A stretch of 63,341 nucleotides of DNA, counting the filler. It is 8 parts of 8 records of this genome, joined end to end, with 100 filler letters (N's around TTAATTAATTAA, not from the genome) between each part and the next. Parts side by side here need not be neighbours in the genome. Positions count along the whole stretch, not along the records: positions 1 to 13,876 come from SRR20825010_856; 7 more parts are not named here. One strand, given 5' to 3'. How positions within the stretch are numbered: position 1 is the stretch's first letter; every line of letters begins with the position of its first letter. The notes beneath the pieces are model-generated. The model saw nothing but the letters and a program-made list of their open reading frames with translations, was not told the DNA's origin and ran no database searches. Positions 1 to 10,526 of this stretch are shown in pieces. A program made the translations under genes and the position numbers.

Positions 1-30
1 CCGAGCCCTACATGGACGTATTCACGGGCG
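1..30 (-). repeat. Truncated copy of the structured intergenic repeat core (cut by the window start)
   Basis: Reverse complement CGCCCGTGAATACGTCCATGTAGGGCTCGG resembles the core CACGCTGTAAATACGTCCATGTAAGCTTG at 4747-4775. Confidence 0.7.
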
Positions 31-122
31 CTTTTTGGAAAGGCCCTCCGGCCAGCGCCCGATTGCACAATTCATGACATACCCGCTCCCTGAATCCACG
101 GGAGTAAACAAACGGAGCACTT

Positions 123-1106
123 TTGAACGCCAACGATCACCGACAATTCGACCTACACCCGGTAGACCAACGCCGGCTGACCACCCTCTGCGGCCAGTTT
201 GATGAGCACCTGAAGCACATTGAGCGGCGCATGAACGTCAAAATTGGCCGCCGTGGCCATCATTTCCGGGTGGAAGGTGAAACTGAACACGTGGCAGCCG
301 CTACGGAAGTTGTCCGGCACCTGTATCGGGAAACCGAAGCCAACGATGATATCTCGCCGGACATGGTTCATCTGTTTATCCGCGAGACCGGATTCGAACG
401 GCTGCCGGATGACGTACCTTACAAGGGCGCCGTCACCGTCATCAAAACCCCGAAACTGCAGGCCAAGCCCAGAGGCGAGAACCAGCAGAAATACGTGCAC
501 AACATCCGTACCCACGATGTGAATTTTGGCATTGGCCCCGCCGGTACCGGCAAGACATGGCTGGCGGTGGCGTGCGCGGTTGAGGCACTGAAAGACGAAC
601 AGGTGAAGCGCATCCTGCTGGTCCGGCCGGCCGTGGAAGCCGGCGAAAAACTCGGCTTCCTGCCGGGTGACCTGGCCCAGAAGGTGGACCCTTACCTGCG
701 CCCCCTCTACGACGCCCTCTACGAAATGCTGGGCTTTGATCATGTGACGCGGCTGATCGAAAAAAGCGTGATTGAGATCGCGCCGCTAGCCTTCATGCGC
801 GGCCGCACGCTCAATAATTCGTTCATCATTCTGGATGAGAGCCAGAATACCACCCGCGAACAGATGAAGATGTTCCTGACACGGATCGGGTTTGGTTCCA
901 CTGCCGTGATCACCGGTGACACCACCCAGGTGGATCTTCCCCGCGGGCAGAATTCCGGCCTGATCCATGCGGCCGGTGTGCTGAGCAAGGTGTCCGGTAT
1001 TGGCTTCACACGGTTCGAGGCCCGCGATGTGGTGCGTCACCCATTGGTGCAGCGGATTGTCGAGGCTTACGATTCCTTTGACGACGGGAGCGCTACAGGC
1101 CAGTGA
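123..1106 (+). CDS. phoH: PhoH-like ATPase (YbeZ)
   Basis: GPAGTGKT Walker A, RPAVEAGEKLGFLPG and FMRGRTL motifs; ybeZ-ybeY-ybeX-lnt gene order; TTG start after GGAG. Confidence 0.95.
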   Translation: MNANDHRQFDLHPVDQRRLTTLCGQFDEHLKHIERRMNVKIGRRGHHFRVEGETEHVAAATEVVRHLYRETEANDDISPDMVHLFIRETGFERLPDDVPYKGAVTVIKTPKLQAKPRGENQQKYVHNIRTHDVNFGIGPAGTGKTWLAVACAVEALKDEQVKRILLVRPAVEAGEKLGFLPGDLAQKVDPYLRPLYDALYEMLGFDHVTRLIEKSVIEIAPLAFMRGRTLNNSFIILDESQNTTREQMKMFLTRIGFGSTAVITGDTTQVDLPRGQNSGLIHAAGVLSKVSGIGFTRFEARDVVRHPLVQRIVEAYDSFDDGSATGQ

Positions 1107-1576
1107 GTGAACTGACAGTGGACTTGCAGCGGGCCATCGAGGTACCCGAGGCGCCAGATGACATCGAGTTTGAGCGCTGGGCCCGGGCCGCATGGTTGGG
1201 TGAGAATCCATCCGAGGTGACGATCCGTATCGTTGCCAGTGATGAGAGCGCCGAGCTGAACAGCCAGTATCGCGGGAAATCAGGGCCAACCAATGTACTG
1301 TCCTTCCCATTTGAGGCGCCAGCCGGTATAACGGTTCCGTTGGCCGGTGATCTGATCATTTGTGCCCCGGTTGTTGAAAAAGAAGCAGCCGAGCAGCATA
1401 AAACACTGACGGAACACTGGGCCCATATGGTGGTGCACGGTATGCTGCACCTTCAGGGCTACGACCACATTGAAGACAATGATGCCGAGGTCATGGAAGC
1501 CCTCGAGATCCGGCTGCTTGCGCAGCTCGGGTTCAGCAATCCTTACGAGACAGAGGAAACGGAAAAAGACTCATGA
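1103..1576 (+). CDS. ybeY: rRNA maturation RNase YbeY
   Basis: PTNVLSFP and HGMLHLQGYDH zinc motif. Confidence 0.97.
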   Translation: MSELTVDLQRAIEVPEAPDDIEFERWARAAWLGENPSEVTIRIVASDESAELNSQYRGKSGPTNVLSFPFEAPAGITVPLAGDLIICAPVVEKEAAEQHKTLTEHWAHMVVHGMLHLQGYDHIEDNDAEVMEALEIRLLAQLGFSNPYETEETEKDS

Positions 1577-2424
1577 ACGACGATCAGTCGAGTCGCAGTC
1601 AGGGCAGCAACAAGTCCTGGCTGGAGCGTATATCACAGGCCTTCTCCAGCGGGCCTGAGTCCGTCGAGGACGTGCTGGAAATCCTGCGGGACGCCGAGTC
1701 CCAGGAAATCATCGATACCGATGCCATGAGCATCATCGAAGGTGCCATGCAGGTGATCGACATGCGGGTGGATGAAATCATGATTCCCCGCTCCCAGATG
1801 GTCACCGTCAAGGCATCCCAGGACCCGAAAGAGTTCCTGGGAGAAATCATTTCATCTGCCCACAGCCGCTTCCCGGTCATTGGCGACAGCCAGGACGATG
1901 TGATTGGCGTGCTGCTCGCCAAGGACCTGCTCCCTCTGGCCCTGAACAACGACCTCAACTGGACCCGCATCCGCGAGATTCTTCGCCCTCCCACGTTCGT
2001 ACCGGAGAGCAAGCGCCTGAACCAGCTATTAAAAGAGTTCAAGGAAACCCGCAACCACATGGCCATTGTGGTTGACGAATACGGCGGTACTGCCGGCCTG
2101 ATCACCATTGAGGATGTGCTGGAACAGATCGTGGGAGAAATCGAAGACGAACATGACTTCGACGAGGAAACCCACATCAAGGCCCGCGGCGATGGCACTT
2201 ACGCCGTGAAGGCCGTCACCCCCGTCGACGACTTTAACGAATTCTTCGAAACCGAGCTGGACGAAGAGGAGTTCGACACCATTGGCGGCGTTGTGCTCAA
2301 GGAATTCGGCCATCTGCCCAGACGGGGCGAGTCGGTTGAGTTTGGCGGATTGCAGTTCACCATTGCCAACGCCGATAACCGTGTTATCCGTCTGCTGCAG
2401 GTAACGCGTGGTGATGACCAGTAA
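1573..2424 (+). CDS. corC: Mg/Co homeostasis protein CorC (CBS pair + CorC-HlyC domain)
   Basis: HSRFPVIG and VVDEYGGTAGLITIEDVLEQIVGEIEDEHD motifs. Confidence 0.95.
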   Translation: MNDDQSSRSQGSNKSWLERISQAFSSGPESVEDVLEILRDAESQEIIDTDAMSIIEGAMQVIDMRVDEIMIPRSQMVTVKASQDPKEFLGEIISSAHSRFPVIGDSQDDVIGVLLAKDLLPLALNNDLNWTRIREILRPPTFVPESKRLNQLLKEFKETRNHMAIVVDEYGGTAGLITIEDVLEQIVGEIEDEHDFDEETHIKARGDGTYAVKAVTPVDDFNEFFETELDEEEFDTIGGVVLKEFGHLPRRGESVEFGGLQFTIANADNRVIRLLQVTRGDDQ

Positions 2425-3964
2425 TACAACGGCCCGAACCTCCGAACTGACATCCGCCCTGTCCGAGCACGCCTGGCTACGAGCGGCCACTCTGCTCGTT
2501 GCCGGGGCCTTGCAAACACTCACCTTTTCACCCTTTAACTGGTGGTGGCTGGGGCCGTTGTCGGTCGCGCTGATACTGTTTTGCTGCCTGCCGCTCGCCC
2601 CGCAAAAGCTGTTTCGGGCTGGCTGGCTGGTCGGATTGGGGCTGTTCGGTACGGGCGCAAGCTGGGTCTACATCAGCATCAGTGAACACGGCAATACGTC
2701 CGTTCCACTCGCGATCATACTCACCGTTATTTTTGTGTCGGGACTCGCTCTTTTCCATGGTCTGGCGTTCTGGGCCTGGGGAAAACTTGCCAAAAACAAC
2801 GCGGTCAGGCGGCTGATCCTGTTTCCAGCGGTGTGGATACTCTGTGACTGGGTCCGAGGCTGGCTACTGACAGGATTTCCCTGGCTGTACCTGGGCACCG
2901 CCCACGTTGATGGGCCTCTGGCCGGCTTCGCCCCCTTAACGGGCGTCCACGGGCTTACGTTCTGGGTGGCCGTGACCGGCTGCGCAATTCCAGGCTGTTG
3001 GTGGCTGGTCCGGAAAGCCCGCCATGCCAGCACGGCGCTCATCGCTGGTGTGGTGCTGCTGCCCTGGGTAACCGGCCCGGCCTTTTCCCAGGCACAATGG
3101 ACGACCCTGCAGACAGAACCAACCACGTTTGTCGCGATGCAGGGCAACATTCCCCAGCAAATCAAGTGGGACCCGGACTTCCTCCGGGACCAGATCGTCG
3201 CTTACCTGGAGCTGACTGAAGACCACTGGGATACCGACCTGATTCTGTGGCCGGAAACCGCTATTCCGATTCCCCAGGACCAGGCTGGCAAAATCATCGA
3301 CCACATCGGTGAGGAACTGGGAGAGAGCAGCACACTGATTACCGGCATCCCCTGGTACGGCTTCAGTGACCGCATTGAAGACTTTACGTACCACAACAGC
3401 ATCATGGCCATCGGTAGCGGCGGCGGCATCTACCATAAGCAGAAGCTGGTGCCTTTCGGTGAGTATGTGCCGCTCCAGCAGTGGCTTCGCGGTCTGATCG
3501 GCTTTTTTGACCTGCCCATGTCCAGTTTCAGTCGCGGCCCTGCCAATCAGTCGCCGCTTGAGGCCAATGGCATCAGGATCATGCCGTTTATCTGCTACGA
3601 AGTGGCCTACCCGGACTTCGTCGCCACCAATGCCCGCAACAGTGGCATGCTGCTGACCATCAGCAACGATGGCTGGTTTGGCGATTCCATTGGCCCGCTG
3701 CAACACCTACAGATCGCCCGCATGCGGGCACTGGAAACCGGTCGTTATATGCTGAGGGGCACGAATAATGGTGTAACGGCCATTATTGACGAGAAGGGCC
3801 AGATCACCGAAACCATCCCGCAGTTTGAGCGTGCGGTGATGACAGGTGAGGTCTATGCGGCGAAGGGCAATACGCCCTACATGCAATCCGGGTCCTGGCC
3901 GGTGCTGACGCTGGCGGCGATTCTTATTGTGTTTGTTCGGGAGCGGGTGATTCCGCGGAACTGA
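2414..3964 (+). CDS. lnt: Apolipoprotein N-acyltransferase
   Basis: TM N-terminus, GFPW, WPETA, KQKLVPFGEYVP, ICYE, ISNDGWFG motifs; start may be 2408 or 2414. Confidence 0.96.
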   Translation: MTSNTTARTSELTSALSEHAWLRAATLLVAGALQTLTFSPFNWWWLGPLSVALILFCCLPLAPQKLFRAGWLVGLGLFGTGASWVYISISEHGNTSVPLAIILTVIFVSGLALFHGLAFWAWGKLAKNNAVRRLILFPAVWILCDWVRGWLLTGFPWLYLGTAHVDGPLAGFAPLTGVHGLTFWVAVTGCAIPGCWWLVRKARHASTALIAGVVLLPWVTGPAFSQAQWTTLQTEPTTFVAMQGNIPQQIKWDPDFLRDQIVAYLELTEDHWDTDLILWPETAIPIPQDQAGKIIDHIGEELGESSTLITGIPWYGFSDRIEDFTYHNSIMAIGSGGGIYHKQKLVPFGEYVPLQQWLRGLIGFFDLPMSSFSRGPANQSPLEANGIRIMPFICYEVAYPDFVATNARNSGMLLTISNDGWFGDSIGPLQHLQIARMRALETGRYMLRGTNNGVTAIIDEKGQITETIPQFERAVMTGEVYAAKGNTPYMQSGSWPVLTLAAILIVFVRERVIPRN

Positions 3965-4006
3965 TTTACCCTGGGGGCGGGTTCGCAGCCTGCCTGAATG
4001 GCGCCT

Positions 4007-4099
4007 GGCCACGGGGTGGGGGTCCCTTTTCTTTGGAAAAAGAACTCGCTTTGCTCGGACACCTTTTTCTGGCAGAAAAGGGACCCCCACCCCATGGCC
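4007..4099. repeat. Long palindromic REP/MITE-like hairpin between convergent genes
   Basis: 26-nt arms GGCCACGGGGTGGGGGTCCCTTTTCT and AGAAAAGGGACCCCCACCCCATGGCC (1 mismatch); inner pairing continues through G-T pairs. Confidence 0.8.
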
Positions 4100-4138
4100 G
4101 TTCTGGCTCTGCGCTGGACTCCCCTAATCTTCCTATGG

Positions 4139-4687
4139 CTATTCTGACTTCCGTGGCCAGCGGCTGGTGACGCGTTCGTAGTAGTGGGAGCCGCAGGCGT
4201 CACAGGGTTCCAGATGGCTGGTTGCGGTCAGGCAGCGCATGTGGCTGCAGTTCAGGCATTTGAACATGCCGGCCGTGGCCACTTCGCCGCTGATATACTG
4301 GCTGGGCTCGTGGTTTTCCAGTTTCTGGTTCAGCTCCAGCGTATCCAGTCGGGTCTTATCCGCCACCGAGAACAGCATATCCGCCAACTGGTGCTCGAGC
4401 AGTGAGATATCCAGTTGCAACCATTCCTTCAGACCTTCGCCGGTTTCTTCCACGAAATGCAGCAGGTGTTCGAGGTCCCGCTGCAGATACGCGCCAAGCA
4501 GGTCCGCTTCTTCGCGGGTCATCTCTGCCAGTTCATACTCAAACTCCACCGCCCGCTCGATTTCCTCTTTCAGGGTATCGCGAGTGGTATTCTCCATATC
4601 ACTGAGCCGGGCCTGGACCCGCTCCAGCATGCGGTCGTAGGCCTCGAGAGCCCTGCCTGAGAGATGATTGCGTTCTGGTTCGGTCAT
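4139..4687 (-). CDS. Zinc-ribbon-containing protein (DUF1451-like)
   Basis: Helical N-terminus; YISGEVATAG then CxxC...CxxC at the C-terminus; AGGAG RBS; divergent from leuS. Confidence 0.8.
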   Translation of the reverse strand: MTEPERNHLSGRALEAYDRMLERVQARLSDMENTTRDTLKEEIERAVEFEYELAEMTREEADLLGAYLQRDLEHLLHFVEETGEGLKEWLQLDISLLEHQLADMLFSVADKTRLDTLELNQKLENHEPSQYISGEVATAGMFKCLNCSHMRCLTATSHLEPCDACGSHYYERVTSRWPRKSE

Positions 4688-4725
4688 GACAGCTCCTTAT
4701 ACCGGGTTACAGGTGCCGCGCCGGT

Positions 4726-4821
4726 GTGTCGGTTGCCTTTGCGGGACACGCTGTAAATACGTCCATGTAAGCTTGACTGCAGCATCCATGCTGCAGACAG
4801 TCCCGCAAAGGCAACCGACAC
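4726..4821 (+). repeat. Structured repeat copy A: 22-bp perfect outer stem around conserved core
   Basis: GTGTCGGTTGCCTTTGCGGGAC / GTCCCGCAAAGGCAACCGACAC; inner hairpin TGCAGCATCCATGCTGCA. Confidence 0.85.
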
Positions 4822-4872
4822 CCCGACACCAGACATTGGCAGTTGCCTTGTAAGCCTGACTCCCAGAGTCCG

Positions 4873-4980
4873 GGGCAGAGCGGGTATGGCTGTCCAGGGA
4901 TGTCAAAAACATGGATGTTTTTGTCAAGCGTACAGGGACGTATTTACAGCGTGCCCTGGACAGCCATGCCCGCTCTGCCC
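4873..4980 (-). repeat. Structured repeat copy B (inverted): 27-bp outer stem around the same core
   Basis: Arms 4873-4899 and 4954-4980 (1 non-WC pair); reverse-complement core CACGCTGTAAATACGTCCCTGTACGCTTGACAAAAACATCCATGTTTTTGACA. Confidence 0.85.
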
Positions 4981-5096
4981 TTCACCATAACCCCAAGCAT
5001 GGCACAGTATCGGCAAATTGGCAGACTACCTGTTAAGCCTTGTGTGCGTTAGAATGTCCGGCCGCTTCGCACATCTTTTTTGACACGGTCTGATAA

Positions 5097-7706
<2,610 letters not shown>

Positions 7707-7707
7707 T

Positions 7708-8280
7708 ATGAACCTCCCGGCGAGCCTACCCAAGATACTTCCGGCTGGCCTCGCCCTGTCACTTCTGGTGTCAGGATGCGGGTTTCAGCTACGGGGCGCC
7801 CCGCCGGTGTCGTCCGCATTGCAGCCGCTGGCTGTTGATTGCTCCGGCGATGTGCCAGAACAGCTGTGTGGCTCGGTGAAGGAACAGCTGTCTCTGGGCA
7901 ACATCGACCTTCAGCCCTCCGAAAAAGCCGATTATGTGCTCAGCATCAGCAATTTCCGCCGGGAACGTCGTGCCAGCGCCATCACCGTGCGCGCCGCGGC
8001 TGCCGAGTATACGTTGCGGCAAACGGTCGATATTGAGGTTTTGACCGCCGACAAGGTTCCTCTGATCGCCCCAACCGACTTGAATAGCAGTGAAACCTAT
8101 CGCTACGACGAATCCAATGTGCTGGCCAAGCAACGGGAAGAGGAAGCCCTCCAGGAGCAACTCTATGACCGACTGGCCCAGCAAATTATCTTTCGCCTGG
8201 CGCCCCTTGACCGGGATCGCATAGACCGGCTGAAACAGGAAGCGGAACAGACCCGCGATCAAGACAGTGGCCAACCATGA
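7708..8280 (+). CDS. lptE: LPS-assembly lipoprotein LptE
   Basis: Lipobox VSGC followed by GFQLRG; sits between leuS and holA. Confidence 0.92.
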   Translation: MNLPASLPKILPAGLALSLLVSGCGFQLRGAPPVSSALQPLAVDCSGDVPEQLCGSVKEQLSLGNIDLQPSEKADYVLSISNFRRERRASAITVRAAAAEYTLRQTVDIEVLTADKVPLIAPTDLNSSETYRYDESNVLAKQREEEALQEQLYDRLAQQIIFRLAPLDRDRIDRLKQEAEQTRDQDSGQP

Positions 8281-9284
8281 AGACCCAGGCCCACCAGCTA
8301 CCCCAGCTTCTCCAGAAAGGCTTGTCACCTGTCTACCTGGTGTCAGGCGATGAGCCCCTACTGGTTCAGGAATGCTGCGACCAGATCCGGAAGACTGCGC
8401 GGGAAGCGGGCTATCAGGACCGTGTAACCTTCCACGCCGACCAGCAGCTGGACTGGAACCGCGTGGGCGAGGAGTTTGGTGCGCTATCGCTGTTTGCCGA
8501 AAAACGCCGTATCGAAATACACCTGCCTACCGGCAAATTGGGTGATGGCCGCGCCGTTCTTGAAAGCGTGCTGCAGAATCCTCCTGACGACATTGTGCTG
8601 CTACTGATCAGCGCACGGCTGGATGCCGCCGAAACCCGCCGGAAGTGGTACAAGGAATTGCAGGACAAAGGCGTACACGTGCCGGTATGGCCCATTGATA
8701 CTGATAAATTCCCGGGTTGGCTGCAACAGCGGGCTCGCAACCATGGCCTCAGCCTTACCCGCGGCGCACTGGACATCCTGGCGGAACGCCTCGAGGGCAA
8801 CCTCCTGGCGGCAAGTCAGGAACTGGATCGCCTGGCGTTATTGGGCACCGGCGCCACCATCGACGAAGACACCGTCGAACAGGCTGTTCAGGACAGCTCC
8901 CGCTTCAACGGTTTTGAGCTGGTGACAGAACTCCTCGCGGGCCGGGCCGCCCACGCTCGCAAAATCGTCGGGGTACTGCAGCAGGAAGGCGAGAACCCGC
9001 TGGGATTGCTGGCGGTGCTGACACGGGACCTGAACCTCACCATGGAGCTGAATATCGCTGCGGCCAAACGGGAGAATACTGCCGGCTTCCTCAAGAAGCG
9101 CGGCGTGTTCCAGCCCCAGCGCGCAAAGGCCGTTGAACAAGCGGCGAGACGCCTGAACCGCCACCAGCTCAATACCGCACTGGAACTATGCAGCACCACC
9201 GACAGGGCCGCCAAAGGCTTTGATACGCTCTCCCCCTGGCATTACCTGCAAGACCTGATCACCTTGCTTGCAAGACCCGCCTGA
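8277..9284 (+). CDS. holA: DNA polymerase III delta subunit
   Basis: VYLVSGDEPLL, SLFAEKR, EGNLLAASQE; leuS-lptE-holA gene order. Confidence 0.95.
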   Translation: MKTQAHQLPQLLQKGLSPVYLVSGDEPLLVQECCDQIRKTAREAGYQDRVTFHADQQLDWNRVGEEFGALSLFAEKRRIEIHLPTGKLGDGRAVLESVLQNPPDDIVLLLISARLDAAETRRKWYKELQDKGVHVPVWPIDTDKFPGWLQQRARNHGLSLTRGALDILAERLEGNLLAASQELDRLALLGTGATIDEDTVEQAVQDSSRFNGFELVTELLAGRAAHARKIVGVLQQEGENPLGLLAVLTRDLNLTMELNIAAAKRENTAGFLKKRGVFQPQRAKAVEQAARRLNRHQLNTALELCSTTDRAAKGFDTLSPWHYLQDLITLLARPA

Positions 9285-9371
9285 CTCCGCGAAATGGCCG
9301 TCATCCGGCTTGACAGTTTTCGATATTCAGTAGCATCGTATAGTTGTTAACTGTTAAAGGAGGTGCGTGAT

Positions 9372-9635
9372 ATGAGCTTCCAGGACGAACTGAAAAAACT
9401 GTCCGAAAAGATTAAACAGTACCGTGACGAAGCACGGGTTCAGATGCATCTGGCCCATGAGGACGTGAAAGACGAGTGGGACGATCTGGAGAAGGACTGG
9501 GAACGGTTTCGGAGCAAACTCGATCACATCCTTCACGACGCCGAAGATGCATCAAAAGAGGCTCGAGAGACCGCTCATAAGCTGGGCGAAGATTTGAGAA
9601 AGGGTTACCAGAATCTGCGCAACCGACAGAAGTGA
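9372..9635 (+). CDS. Small charged helical hypothetical protein (87 aa)
   Basis: Strong AAGGAGGT RBS 7 nt before ATG; RDEARVQMHLA...EWDDLE coiled-coil-like pattern. Confidence 0.8.
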   Translation: MSFQDELKKLSEKIKQYRDEARVQMHLAHEDVKDEWDDLEKDWERFRSKLDHILHDAEDASKEARETAHKLGEDLRKGYQNLRNRQK

Positions 9636-9670
9636 AGTGTTAACCAGTTAACATAATGCAACAAATAGCC

Positions 9671-9704
9671 ACACAGAGGCTCTCTCCCTTTGGAGCCTCT
9701 GTGT
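9671..9704 (+). terminator. Hairpin, possible terminator of the small gene
   Basis: ACACAGAGGCTC / GAGCCTCTGTGT 12-bp stem; no U tract. Confidence 0.5.
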
Positions 9705-9823
9705 CATACTTCTCAATTATAAATGAATAAACCGTCATTTTTCTGACCGGCCAGATCTAACCACTTCCTTTCCTGGCCCGATCAGCAAAGGCGCTGTCAC
9801 GCGCTGAGAGGTATAAATGGCCT

Positions 9824-10459
9824 ATGAAAACTAAAAACGTTGTTTTGGTCGCACTGGCGGCCTTGCTTATCCCGTCTCTCGTCATCAGCCAGAACACCCG
9901 CTTCAGTGACCCGGACACCGTTGTAAAAAACGAGTTCTGGGGCAACCTTTATGCCCAAGGCGGCAACTCCTTCTTCTGTGACACACCCTTCAAAAGTAAA
10001 GGCTTTGTCCTTACGGAAGGCTATGTCTACCCTCTGGCAGAAGTTCGCAATGCACTTGGGTGCGGCACCAGCAGCCAATGCGACGATGACGACAGATACC
10101 GGCAGATTGCATCGGACCTTCATAACATGGTCCCCGTGCGCAGTCGCATTGAAATGTCCCGGAGAAACGCGATTTACGAAGAATTGGGCAATGCAAGCAG
10201 CCCGGACGAGTGCGGAATTCGCGAGAGTGCGCAGTTTTTTGAACCCCCGCAAAAGGTAAAAGGCGATATCGCCCGCACGGTTGCCTATATGGTGGACACC
10301 TATGACCTGCCCTGGGCAGGCGCTTCCCGGGTGTTCAAGAGCTGGAATCAGATCGATCCACCGGATGATCGAGAGCTTGTCCGCCATCGCCAGGTGGCCG
10401 ACATTCAAGGTAACGAAAACCCGTTTGTTCTTGATCCAGGCCGGATAGAAAACCTGTAA
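9824..10459 (+). CDS. Secreted endonuclease I (EndA/Vvn) family homologue with degenerate active site
   Basis: Signal peptide; DLHNMVP, FEPP..VKGDIART..YM and IQGNENPFV motifs; the EWEH motif reads TEGY. Confidence 0.85.
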   Translation: MKTKNVVLVALAALLIPSLVISQNTRFSDPDTVVKNEFWGNLYAQGGNSFFCDTPFKSKGFVLTEGYVYPLAEVRNALGCGTSSQCDDDDRYRQIASDLHNMVPVRSRIEMSRRNAIYEELGNASSPDECGIRESAQFFEPPQKVKGDIARTVAYMVDTYDLPWAGASRVFKSWNQIDPPDDRELVRHRQVADIQGNENPFVLDPGRIENL

Positions 10460-10479
10460 GCGAGTATATAGAGCAGCAC

Positions 10480-10510
10480 AAAAAAGGCAGGCCCGCGGGC
10501 CTGCCTTTTT
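10480..10510. terminator. Bidirectional rho-independent terminator
   Basis: AAAAAAGGCAGGCCC-G-CGGGCCTGCCTTTTT between convergent genes. Confidence 0.9.
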
Positions 10511-10526
10511 GTTCACCGCTGACTAC

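Noticed and set aside
4726-4980. Possible CRISPR array or integron attC sites
   Set aside because: Copies are inverted, not direct repeats with spacers; no cas or integrase gene; no attC GTTRRRY ends.
9310-9344. TTGACA ... TATAGT promoter for the small gene
   Set aside because: Spacing to candidate -10 boxes is 15 or 23 nt, not 16-18.
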